Assembly (NCBI GenBank): GCA_963804085.1
Contig: CAWDOQ010000002.1
Location: 1-64,000, forward strand
From: Chlamydiia bacterium
GTDB taxonomy: Bacteria > Chlamydiota > Chlamydiia > Chlamydiales > Rhabdochlamydiaceae
Direction: 5' to 3'
Length of the DNA stretch: 64,000 bases
The position numbers and the translations under genes were made by a program. Shown piece after piece: positions 40,339 to 49,456 of the stretch. The notes beneath the pieces were generated by a model. It had not been told where the DNA came from. It did no database searches and worked only from the letters and a program-made list of their open reading frames with translations. The stretch's first letter is position 1. Each line of letters begins with the position of its first letter.

Positions 40339-40563
40339 CTCCGTACTGGACAAAAAATTAATACAGAAGAATTTCTAAACGATGACAGAATGGTAAGCGG
40401 CAGGATAACAGAATAAGAAAGAAAAAGAGTTTCAACAGGATGGGCAGGATAGACAGGATAAAAGAGAGCATAATTTAAATTAAAACAGGATTTTTTCTTC
40501 ATCCTGCTTATCCTGCCCATCCTGTTGTAACTCTTTGTCTTCCAACTTTTGTCCAGTACAGAG
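40339..40563. mobile_element. 225-bp MITE with 17-bp terminal inverted repeats and 9-bp target-site duplication (IS4-family-like ends)
   Basis: GCAATGCGG|CTCCGTACTGGACAAAA...TTTTGTCCAGTACAGAG|GCAATGCGG; no transposase inside. Confidence 0.85.
40424..40536. repeat. Family-4 hairpin (CAGGAT-NNN)3...(NNN-ATCCTG)3 nested in the MITE
   Basis: AAAGAGTTTCAACAGGATGGGCAGGATAGACAGGAT pairs with ATCCTGCTTATCCTGCCCATCCTGTTGTAACTCTTT. Confidence 0.8.
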
Positions 40564-40720
40564 GCAATGCGGTGCAAAATGAAGAAATTATTTTACCACC
40601 CGCTTCGCAAGCTCGCTAGAGAGCACAGAGAAGAGAATGCTTTAATTCTCCTTGCGGGTTTAAGGACGTTTGGGATACTCTCGCTGTTACTTAAATTATT
40701 CTTTTTTAGGACGAGTGATC

Positions 40721-40855
40721 ATGAAAAGAACCTACCAACCAAGCAAAATAAAGCGCCAGAAGACATGGGGATTTCGCAAAAGAATGAAGACCTCTCACGG
40801 ACGCAAGATCGTAAACCGCAGACGCAGACAAGGCCGCAAACGCCTCTCAGTCTAG
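40721..40855 (+). CDS. rpmH: 50S ribosomal protein L34
   Basis: [44 protein letters not shown]. Confidence 0.97.
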   Translation: MKRTYQPSKIKRQKTWGFRKRMKTSHGRKIVNRRRRQGRKRLSV

Positions 40856-41205
40856 TCCGTCTAACATTTCCGAAAGCTGCGCGCATCCGCACAAAGCGCC
40901 ACTATTCCGGCGTAATTAGAGCTGGAAAGCGGCTTGCAGGCGGATCGATCCTGATCGATTACCGTTTAGGCCATGCCACGCGTCCCAAGCTCGGCATCAC
41001 AGTGTCTCGCAAATATGGAAAAGCTCACGAAAGAAACCGCTTTAAGCGTCTGGTCCGCGAAGCCTTTCGCACCTATGCGCTAAAACTACCGCGCGATCTT
41101 GAGATCAATGTTCTACCGCGCACCTCTTACGCTATCTCTAAAATCAGCAAAAATGGGGTCCTAGAGGATCTCACTCTTCTAGCTAATAAGTGTGGCAAAC
41201 AATAA
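40852..41205 (+). CDS. rnpA: Ribonuclease P protein component (start codon unresolved)
   Basis: [38 protein letters not shown] (RNR motif); rpmH-rnpA synteny. Confidence 0.9.
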   Translation, partial: LVRLTFPKAARIRTKRHYSGVIRAGKRLAGGSILIDYRLGHATRPKLGITVSRKYGKAHERNRFKRLVREAFRTYALKLPRDLEINVLPRTSYAISKISKNGVLEDLTLLANKCGKQ

Positions 41206-43204
41206 AGACTTCTCTCAACTAAATCCCGAGCAAAGACGCGCTGTCACCACGACAGATGGACGGGTTCTTATTCTCGCGGGAGCCGGCAGCGGTAAAACAA
41301 GCGTGCTGGCCTACAGGATCGCCTACCTGATCGGCGAGTTGAGAGTCTCGCCTAAAGCGATCTTGGGGCTCACCTTCACAAATAAAGCTGCAAAAGAGAT
41401 GCGCGAGCGGGTTGCCAGCTTGGTGGGAGCATCCGTCGCTAAAGAAACAACTCTCTCTACTTTTCATAGCTTTGGGTGCCAGGTGCTGCGCAAGGAGATC
41501 CATCATCTGGGTTACACCTCTCACTTCACGCTTTACGACGAACAAGATGTTAAGCGCCTCCTCAAGCAGCTGGCACGTCATCTTCTCGAGCAAGAGGGTG
41601 AGATTCCTTCGATCGAAGGGATCTACGCAAAGTTTTCGAAAGCCAAAGGACGCAGCACCAATCTTGAAGAAATTAGCGAAGAGGATGAGACGTGGAAGGA
41701 GCCGTTTATCCGCGATCTTTTCACCCGTTTTCAAACGTGCATGCGCGCCTACAATGCGGTCGATTTCGACAGCCTGCTCTCCTTAACGGTCGAACTCTTT
41801 GAAAAGTTTCCGGCCGTCCTTCAAAAGTACCAAGAACGCTATCGCTACATCATGATCGACGAGTATCAGGACACCAACCCGATGCAATATCGCTTGGCCA
41901 AACTGCTCGCCTCCTCCCACCAAAATCTCTGTGTGGTAGGCGACGATGACCAGTCGATCTACGGATGGCGCGGCGCTGAGATTAAGAATATCTTACAGTT
42001 TGAGTCCCAGACGATCATTAAACTGGAGCAGAACTACCGCTCGACTCCGACGATTTTAAAGGCGGCTCACGCCGTCATCACACGCAATAAGGAGCGCCAC
42101 TCAAAAGAGCTCTGGAGTTCGCACGAGACAGGTGATCCTATCTCTCTCTTCCATGCGCCAAGCGAGATGGAGGAGGCGCAAGCGGTTATCGATCGGATCG
42201 TCTCGTTGCATAAAAACAAAAAGATTCCGTGGAAGGAGATGGCAATTCTCTACCGCTCTAACCTTCTTTCGCGTCCCTTTGAGCTGGCTCTCATGCAGAC
42301 TGTGTACGAAAAAGAGGGCAAGTGGATACGCGGCATCCCCTACCAGATCTTTGGCGGTACCGAGTTTTACGAAAGAAGCGAGATTAAAGATCTTCTGGCG
42401 TACATGAAGGTGATCGCCAATCCCTTGGATCAGGAGTCGCTTCTACGCATCGTAAATGTCCCAAGACGCGGGATCTCAGATCTTGCTCTCGATAAGATCA
42501 CACAGAAAAACCGGCAGGAGAATCTGCCCCTATTGCAGCTTATGGCAAATCTTTCTCCTGAGCTTTGCGACGAGCTCTCCTCAAAAGCAACTAACGGCAT
42601 TGCCTCATTTGTCAAATTACATCAAGAGGCAAGAGCAAAATTCCAAACAGGCTCTTTAGCATCCGCTCTCGAATGGCTGATTGCCGAGATAGACTACAAA
42701 AAAGCAATCTCGGAAGATGTGCAGAGCGACAAGATGCGCGACTTTAAGTGGGAGAACGTCCTGCATTGCGTAGATGTTCTTAAACGTTACGAAGAGGAGA
42801 TGGAAAAAGAGGGAAGAAAAGAGGAGATCTCGCTCTCTCACTTCGTCACAAACACCCTTTTGGACAAAGAAAAGGTGATCCAGCGAGATGAGGCTGCATC
42901 GCGCGAAGACAAGGTGAATCTGATGACCTTTCATAGCGCAAAAGGGCTAGAGTTTACCGCCTGTTTCCTCGTGGGCTTGGAGGACCATCTTCTGCCCCAC
43001 GAAAAGAGTTTGGGAGAGCGCGGCGTAGAGGAGGAGAGACGCCTCTTTTATGTCGCACTCACTCGTGCAAAAAAACAGCTGCTACTCAGCATGGCGCGCT
43101 CGCGCAAAAAAATGGGTAAAGAGATTAAGACGAACCCCTCGCGTTTTCTCTTTGAGATCCCGCAAGAGCTCATCAAAATTGTCTCTTGGAAAGAAAAGAT
43201 ATGA
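41192..43204 (+). CDS. UvrD/Rep/PcrA family ATP-dependent DNA helicase
   Basis: LAGAGSGKT, DEYQDTN, VGDDDQSIYGWRGA, LEQNYRS, TFHSAKGLEF, EERRLFYVALTRA. Confidence 0.95.
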   Translation: MANNKDFSQLNPEQRRAVTTTDGRVLILAGAGSGKTSVLAYRIAYLIGELRVSPKAILGLTFTNKAAKEMRERVASLVGASVAKETTLSTFHSFGCQVLRKEIHHLGYTSHFTLYDEQDVKRLLKQLARHLLEQEGEIPSIEGIYAKFSKAKGRSTNLEEISEEDETWKEPFIRDLFTRFQTCMRAYNAVDFDSLLSLTVELFEKFPAVLQKYQERYRYIMIDEYQDTNPMQYRLAKLLASSHQNLCVVGDDDQSIYGWRGAEIKNILQFESQTIIKLEQNYRSTPTILKAAHAVITRNKERHSKELWSSHETGDPISLFHAPSEMEEAQAVIDRIVSLHKNKKIPWKEMAILYRSNLLSRPFELALMQTVYEKEGKWIRGIPYQIFGGTEFYERSEIKDLLAYMKVIANPLDQESLLRIVNVPRRGISDLALDKITQKNRQENLPLLQLMANLSPELCDELSSKATNGIASFVKLHQEARAKFQTGSLASALEWLIAEIDYKKAISEDVQSDKMRDFKWENVLHCVDVLKRYEEEMEKEGRKEEISLSHFVTNTLLDKEKVIQRDEAASREDKVNLMTFHSAKGLEFTACFLVGLEDHLLPHEKSLGERGVEEERRLFYVALTRAKKQLLLSMARSRKKMGKEIKTNPSRFLFEIPQELIKIVSWKEKI

Positions 43205-43916
43205 GCCCTCCCTCCTTACGAATGAAGGCTTTTCCCAAACTTCCCAGCCAATGGACGATGCGCACATCAAGCAAAATCCCTTCTATCATGTGCCAGTTGT
43301 AAATCGAAGAGAGTTCTTTTATGCGAAAACCATGCTCCACGATGAGACGAGACAAAAGTTCTTGATCCCCTCTGAATTGAGAAGTAGCGCTCTTTGCCTG
43401 CTCTGCCCATAAAGTGATGAGTGCAGAAGGGCTTTCATAAAGAATAACTCCTGAATTATAAAGCACCTCATTAGGCAAAAGAGGGGGCGATTTCTGGTGC
43501 CTTTCGGCTTCTGGAACAAGCGCAATAGCAGATCCTTCCAAGTCAGTATCAAAAAGAGGCTCTAAAGGAGAGAGCACTTCGCAGTCTAAATCAAGCCATA
43601 GCGTTCGCGTATAGGGGGTGTTTTGCATCGCCTCCGGTTTTTTAAACCATCCGGGACGCGAGGTCAAATGAGCTTTATCGCGCCATTTGAGCGACTCCTT
43701 AAAAAGCTTAGGACATAATGGGTCTACGCTTGATGCGCTATTCAAAGAGAGGAGCTCTCCCCTCTCTTTACACCAGGCGCACGCCTGGTCTGTCATACCG
43801 AAGTCTGCAAAAGTGATAGAATAATTTCCCACTCGCATGATGTTATTCCACCACCAGGAGAGTAGCCACTCCTGATTCTGGTCGCACCCGACGAGTATAC
43901 CTCTTTTATCTGGCAT
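43173..43916 (-). CDS. Putative GT-A glycosyltransferase-like protein
   Basis: WFKKP...LWLDLDCEV, YNSGVI, GDQELL, YNW, IVHW (GT8-like signatures). Confidence 0.65.
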   Translation of the reverse strand: MPDKRGILVGCDQNQEWLLSWWWNNIMRVGNYSITFADFGMTDQACAWCKERGELLSLNSASSVDPLCPKLFKESLKWRDKAHLTSRPGWFKKPEAMQNTPYTRTLWLDLDCEVLSPLEPLFDTDLEGSAIALVPEAERHQKSPPLLPNEVLYNSGVILYESPSALITLWAEQAKSATSQFRGDQELLSRLIVEHGFRIKELSSIYNWHMIEGILLDVRIVHWLGSLGKAFIRKEGGLISFLSKRQF

Positions 43917-44988
43917 GAGACTTTAGAAAGTCGATCGACTGCGCAATCTCGCCTTTGACATTGTCAGGAGCGGAGATGTAGGAGGCCTTGGCGTGTTCCA
44001 GCGCCTCTTTGGCTCTATTCTTTGTGAAGAGGAATTGGGCCATCATCATCTCTGCCTTCCAGCCATTTTCCTTGTCCTTCGAGCCAAACTGCTGCACGAA
44101 TTCTAGAAGCGGGCGGATGGCAGATTGCGGATTGGCCTTTTTCTTTAGCCGTTTTGCTCTTGTTTCAAAATCTAAAACGGCGAGTTGAAAAAGAGAGCCG
44201 TTTAAATTTTTAGGATCGCGTTCGATTATCTTTTCGCGAAAATCGAGCGCTTGTGCATCCTTCTTTTTTCCCTCCTTTAAAAATTGAGCATAGTTCTGGA
44301 GTAGGAAAAAGGTGCCTTTGTCGACTTGCAGCCCTGCTTGGAGGATCTTGTCTCGGTAGGTTGCACTATTGATGATCTCCACCTTCTTATATAAATCCTG
44401 GAGCTCATCTGAAGTAAGTGTGCATAGATCTCTTTTTTGCATCACCTCGCGCACTTCTTGATCGTTTTGCAAAATCTGTTTGAGATGACGGGCGAACTCC
44501 TGTGCAGAAAGAGGCAGGTAGCCAACTTTTGAAATCGCTTCTAGCGATGGGTTCAAAAGAATGAGGGAGGGAAACTCTTCGATCTTAAACTTCTCTTTGA
44601 GAGCAGCTACCTCTGCATTGATTGAAGCCCCTTGTAAATTTTCTGGAAAGTCGAGCCAGACGAGATGGAACTTCTCTTTTATCTCTTTTAAAAAGTCAGC
44701 TTGTGTCAGCACATCCTCTTCGAGCTTCTGCGACCAGGGACACCAGTCTGACCCCATGAAAGCGATGAGAAGAGGTTTTTCTGAAACAGCTGCTTTTTGC
44801 GCCTCTTCTTGGAAGCTCGAGCTCCAATGAGGCAATCTCTTCATCTGCGCAAGACAGCGCTCTCTATCCTCTTTAGGTGTAGCGGGAAGAAGAACGGTCT
44901 TACCCTCTGTAGACCCACCGGAAGCAAAAGCGCCACCTGCCGCGCTTATGCAAAGAGAAAAAATCACGATAGAGAGATTTTTGGACAT
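43906..44988 (-). CDS. Exported thioredoxin-fold (DsbH-like) protein with helical C-terminal extension
   Basis: Signal peptide; KPLLIAFMGSDWCPWSQKL (CxxS variant of the active site). Confidence 0.75.
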   Translation of the reverse strand: MSKNLSIVIFSLCISAAGGAFASGGSTEGKTVLLPATPKEDRERCLAQMKRLPHWSSSFQEEAQKAAVSEKPLLIAFMGSDWCPWSQKLEEDVLTQADFLKEIKEKFHLVWLDFPENLQGASINAEVAALKEKFKIEEFPSLILLNPSLEAISKVGYLPLSAQEFARHLKQILQNDQEVREVMQKRDLCTLTSDELQDLYKKVEIINSATYRDKILQAGLQVDKGTFFLLQNYAQFLKEGKKKDAQALDFREKIIERDPKNLNGSLFQLAVLDFETRAKRLKKKANPQSAIRPLLEFVQQFGSKDKENGWKAEMMMAQFLFTKNRAKEALEHAKASYISAPDNVKGEIAQSIDFLKSHAR

Positions 44989-45024
44989 GTATTATACTCC
45001 ACCAACTAACTGTAGCTATAAGAA

Positions 45025-45486
45025 ATGCTTACATTTCCTCCAACACTTATTTTGAGACACAAAAGAGAGAATTTAAAAAAGTGCAGCCTGCGCGGTCTAG
45101 AAACACGTCCCGACTTTCGCTTTTTTACCTATCCGCCAGTAGCATTGCCCGATCTGTCCGGATATTTTCTGCTCTCTTTGGATGGACCGCCCCTAAGCAT
45201 AAAAGACAAGGAGCTAGGGATTTTTTTGATCGACGCTACTTGGCGCCACGCAGAAACGATCTTCCGACAACTGCCTAAGCCGCACACTTTTGTGGAGCGC
45301 TCGATCCCTTCACACTTTCAGACAGCCTATCCAAGAAGACAGGAGGATTGCCCAGATCAGGCGCGCGGCCTCGCTTCGATCGAAGCGCTCTTCATCGCTC
45401 ACACAATTTTAGAAAGAGATACGAACGGCCTACTGGACGGGTACCACTGGAAAGAGGAGTTCCTCAAGTTGAACTTTACTGCGTGA
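45025..45486 (+). CDS. Tsr3/DTW (TDD superfamily)-like RNA-modification protein
   Basis: ENLKKCSL, IDATW, TAYPR, GLASIEAL, YHWKEEFLKLN. Confidence 0.65.
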   Translation: MLTFPPTLILRHKRENLKKCSLRGLETRPDFRFFTYPPVALPDLSGYFLLSLDGPPLSIKDKELGIFLIDATWRHAETIFRQLPKPHTFVERSIPSHFQTAYPRRQEDCPDQARGLASIEALFIAHTILERDTNGLLDGYHWKEEFLKLNFTA

Positions 45487-46397
45487 GGGCCACGCCAACA
45501 TCTTCGCTGGGATTGCCGCGATGACCTGCGATTGTAAGAGAGCCATTACATAAATTTCCGACAATAACATACCAGTTACCATACTCATCCCTGCCTCTAT
45601 CAGATGTGCGTGTATTTTGGTGTGGAAAGAGGGCGATCTTATAGCGCGCATAATGAGCCACAATGCTCACAGTGATCCAGAGCGCTTTTCCCAATTTTCT
45701 TCCGTAAGTCTTTTCTGCCCCTTCTTGCGTTACACCTCGGCTTTCCCATTCTGGACCCTTTTGCAGCCAAAGCCAGATCGACTTGCCTTGAGCCTCATCG
45801 CCATATTTTTCGGAAACCTCTTCTTTAATAGACAAACGCACGCCGCACTTTTTTGCAAGAGGTGCAAATGTCTTAAAAGTCAGGGGCTGCTCATTGACGG
45901 TTTTAGGGATGAGCGTCAAAGTATGCGTCTCTCCAAGTTCTGCAATTTGACTTTTGATATTAACAGGAAGGGGCGGCGTAGGGCTTATCTTGCCAAAATG
46001 CTTTCTCCACTCTTTTGGGCCAAATGCCATTTCAGGAACGATGAACAGGTCTTTAAATCGCCCCCCTTCCGGTGACACCGATTATGCCATAATTGGCGCA
46101 CTGGGCTTGCCAGATCCTCTCGATTTTCCAAGATTTAGCTACTCTTTCGCATCTTGCTAGGTCTTCCGGTTCCAGGTAGCGCACCATGTGACAGAAGCAG
46201 TTTTGACTTTTGAGAGCAAGATTCTGAGTGGCACCTTTGTTTTCCCAAGAAAAAAGCTGGCTTGCTAAAGCAGAGATCCACGCACACACGCTGTTCCAGA
46301 TCCCAGCAATACGCTCGAAAAGCTCTTCATAGCAGGGCTTTTCTTGTACAAGTGCGGGAGTGCTGATTGTAGAATTTAATGTTATTGCTTGTGCCAT
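45476..46397 (-). pseudogene. F-box-like variable-domain paralogue C, split by a frameshift near a G6 run (~46061-46066)
   Basis: ORF 46053..46397 carries the N-terminal helix and F-box; ORF 45476..46078 carries AFG.KEW, LTLIP.TV and KLGKALWITVS shared with paralogues A and B. Confidence 0.8.
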
Positions 46398-46511
46398 AGG
46401 GCAGAAATTGTAGCATTAATGTGAGAAAATGGGAATGGCACATTTGTTACAATAAAAAATTTATACATCTCCGCGTCTTTGCGTTTTTTCTTGAAGATTA
46501 ACTCCCTGTGG

Positions 46512-46703
46512 ACGGGCGCAAAAGACCCTCAGTGGACGATGTGGACTGGCGCAGATTTGTGGACTAAAGTGGACGAGGTGGACTTTAGTGGACTTGGTGG
46601 ACAGCGCCAAGAAGAAGAGCCGGAAGAGATCCCTGTCCACATCGTCCACTAAAGTCCACCACTCTTCAGTCCACTTCGTCCACTGAGGGTCTTTTGCGCC
46701 CGT
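46512..46703. repeat. Family-1 GTGGAC/GTCCAC hairpin repeat, copy 3 (reverse orientation) with perfect 28-bp terminal IR
   Basis: ACGGGCGCAAAAGACCCTCAGTGGACGA...TCGTCCACTGAGGGTCTTTTGCGCCCGT. Confidence 0.9.
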
Positions 46704-46803
46704 AAGTTATTTGCATGGACGATCTTCGAGATTGACTTTTTCAGTTTTTTTGTTTAGATTCTGTGGATCGAAAATATTTTTCAAATAGTCTAAAAAGCAT
46801 CTA

Positions 46804-48072
46804 GTGGAACAAAAAATTTACCCTGTTGAAGAGCACCGCCTTCCTCTCGATCTGGTGGACACGCACGCCGTCTATGTGGTGGAAAAGCTGCGCCAAGCCG
46901 GCTTCATCGCCTACCTTGTCGGCGGGAGCGTCCGCGATCTTTTGTTGAACAAGAAGCCTAAGGATTATGACATCTCCACCTCTGCTAAGCCTGAAGAGAT
47001 CAAACAGCTCTTTAGAAATAGCATCTTGATCGGTAGGCGCTTTCGTCTTGCCCACATCCGTTTTGGCCGCAAAATTCTAGAGGTCTCGACCTTTCGTTCG
47101 GGCGACATCGAGAGCGCCGATCTTGTCGTGCGCGACAACCAGTGGGGCTCGGAAGAAGAGGATGTTTTAAGACGCGACTTTACAATTAACGGCCTCTTTT
47201 ACGATCCCTCTACGCAGACGATCATCGACTATGTAGGAGGCTATCCCGATATCCAACGCAAATACCTGCGCACGATCGGACAGCCCTTTTTGCGATTTAA
47301 GCAAGATCCTGTGCGTATGCTCCGCCTTTTAAAGTTTCAGGCGCGCTTTGGCTTTGAGATCGACAATGAGGCGCGCATCGCTCTTTTAGAGTGCCGCCAC
47401 GAGATTTTAAAAAGCTCTCCTACGCGCATCTTAGAAGAGCTGCTCCGAATGCTCGAATCGGGTGCCGCCTTTCCCTTTATCAAACTGATGGCCGAAAATG
47501 GGTTCTTACAGCTCATGCTCCCCGCGCTTGCTGAATTTTTAGAGAAGGATAAAGATGAAGAGGTCTACTCCTACCTCGAAGAGGTGGACATCACTTTTCA
47601 TGAACCTCCAAGGCCTCTTCTTGAAAGACCGATTCTCGTCAGCTGCCTCCTTTGGCCCATCTTGCAACGCCGTGTGCTTACCCGCTACGAAGAGCGAGGC
47701 CACCACGCGCATTTGGGCGAGATCCAGCAAGAGACGCACGCGCTCGTAGATGAGATCTTCCTACCCTTTTTCCATATTCCGCGCAGGCTGCGTATGAGCA
47801 TCGTCTCGATCCTCACCTCGCAGTACCGCCTCACTCCTTTAGAAAAGAGACGCTTGCGCCATCTGCGCGTCCCTCACGATCCCGATTTTCCTCTAGCACT
47901 CACCTTCTTAGAAGTGCGCTGCTCTCAAGAGCCCGCCTTGCAAACCGTCTGGGAGGAGTGGCAAGCCGCCATCACCTCTCCCGCATCTTCTGCACCGGCT
48001 CCTGCTGATAGGCGCAAAAGACGCAGACGCCGCAAAAAGGGTGGCTCCTCGCCCTCCCCCACCCAAGAGTAG
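46804..48072 (+). CDS. pcnB: Poly(A) polymerase I
   Basis: LVGGSVRDLL, KDYD, LIGRRFRLAHI (PAP-specific), RRDFTINGL, DPVRMLR. Confidence 0.93.
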   Translation: MEQKIYPVEEHRLPLDLVDTHAVYVVEKLRQAGFIAYLVGGSVRDLLLNKKPKDYDISTSAKPEEIKQLFRNSILIGRRFRLAHIRFGRKILEVSTFRSGDIESADLVVRDNQWGSEEEDVLRRDFTINGLFYDPSTQTIIDYVGGYPDIQRKYLRTIGQPFLRFKQDPVRMLRLLKFQARFGFEIDNEARIALLECRHEILKSSPTRILEELLRMLESGAAFPFIKLMAENGFLQLMLPALAEFLEKDKDEEVYSYLEEVDITFHEPPRPLLERPILVSCLLWPILQRRVLTRYEERGHHAHLGEIQQETHALVDEIFLPFFHIPRRLRMSIVSILTSQYRLTPLEKRRLRHLRVPHDPDFPLALTFLEVRCSQEPALQTVWEEWQAAITSPASSAPAPADRRKRRRRRKKGGSSPSPTQE

Positions 48073-48078
48073 CTTGTC

Positions 48079-49211
48079 ATGCGTGCGATCTCTTTATCTT
48101 TGCCGGCGAAGCGAGCGGCGACCTCCATGGAGACAAACTTCTAGAAGCTCTTTTAAAAAAGAAACCCGATCTTTCCATCGCAGCTGTTGCCGGCCCCAAA
48201 ATGCGCCAGCATAAGATCGACTGTGTGATGCGCACAGAAGAGTTTCTCGTTATGGGATTTATCGATGTCTTTTTAGCCCTACCCAAACTCATACGCCAGT
48301 TTTATGCCGTACGGCGCGCCATTTTAAAACTGAATCCTAAAGTGGTTCTCTTTATCGACTACCCGGGCTTTAACTTGCGGATGGCAAAAAGCCTCAAGAA
48401 AAAGGGGTTCTCAGGAAAACTCTGCCACTACATCTGCCCATCTGTGTGGGCTTGGGGAAAAAAACGCATCCCACTCATGGGCCAGACTCTTGATCTTCTT
48501 ATGACGATCCTCCCATTTGAGGCGCGCTACTTTGAAAAAACGCCTCTTAAAGTGGCCTACGTTGGACATCCTCTAGTAAAACGCATCCATGAACATGCGT
48601 ATCAACCTCTCTCTCTTCCCAAGGGGAAGCGGATCATCAGCATCTTTCCCGGCAGCCGTAAAAAGGAGATCCTGCGCAACTTCGGGCTCCAATTAAAAGT
48701 GGCAAAACGTCTTCTGGCTCTTCATCCCGATCTCTTTTTTGGCATCTCCTCGTTTCACCCTCCCTTCGCCCCTCTTTTGCAAAAGATGATCGACGAGGAG
48801 GGACTAAAAGAGTGCGTGCTTGTCCCGGGAGAAATGAGCTACGAACTGATGCGCGCCTCGCATAGTGCGATTGCTAAGTCCGGAACTGTGACGCTCGAGC
48901 TTGCCCTACACAAAGTTCCGACGGTAGTGACCTATGCGATCACCTCTTTAGACCTCTTCATCGCGCAAAAGCTGCTAGGCATCAACCTCGCCCACTACTG
49001 CATCGTCAATATCATTGCAGAGGGAGAGCTCTTCCGAGAGCTCTTCGGCCCTAATTTCACTGAAGAAAATCTTTTCAATGCCCTACAAGACCTGCTCACC
49101 TCCCCTACCCTCTTTGCTACCTCTCAAAAGAGATGCGAGGAGCTCTCTCTTCTTCTCCATAAAGGGGATGCCAGCCAAACCGCCGCCCAATCTTTAGAAG
49201 AGTTTTTTTAA
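48079..49211 (+). CDS. lpxB: Lipid-A-disaccharide synthase (start unresolved; nearest ATG is out of frame)
   Basis: DLFIFAGEASGDLHG is in frame upstream of ORF 48201; also IDYPGFN, PSVWAW, VGHPL, FPGSR, KSGTVTLE. Confidence 0.92.
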
Positions 49212-49273
49212 AAAGAACACTTTAAATAAATGAAAACCCCACGTAAAATGCAGGGCTAATTAAGGAGACAGTT

Positions 49274-49456
49274 ATGGCAGTACCTCGTAATCGCACCTCA
49301 AACGCCCGTAAAAATTCTAGACGTTCGCACCACGCGAAGAAACCGGCAAATCTTTCTGCATGTTCCAACTGCGGAAGTAAGACCCTTTCTCACAGAATGT
49401 GTGTCCACTGTGGTTTCTACTCTGGGCGAGCTGTAATAAATGAGAAAAAAGAGTAA
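49274..49456 (+). CDS. rpmF: 50S ribosomal protein L32
   Basis: MAVPRNRTSNARKNSRRSH; CxxC...CxxCG. Confidence 0.96.
   Translation: MAVPRNRTSNARKNSRRSHHAKKPANLSACSNCGSKTLSHRMCVHCGFYSGRAVINEKKE

Noticed and set aside
40549-40720. 218-aa RnpA starting at 40549
   Set aside because: The start lies inside the MITE terminal repeat, so it is unlikely to be ancestral; the real start remains unresolved.
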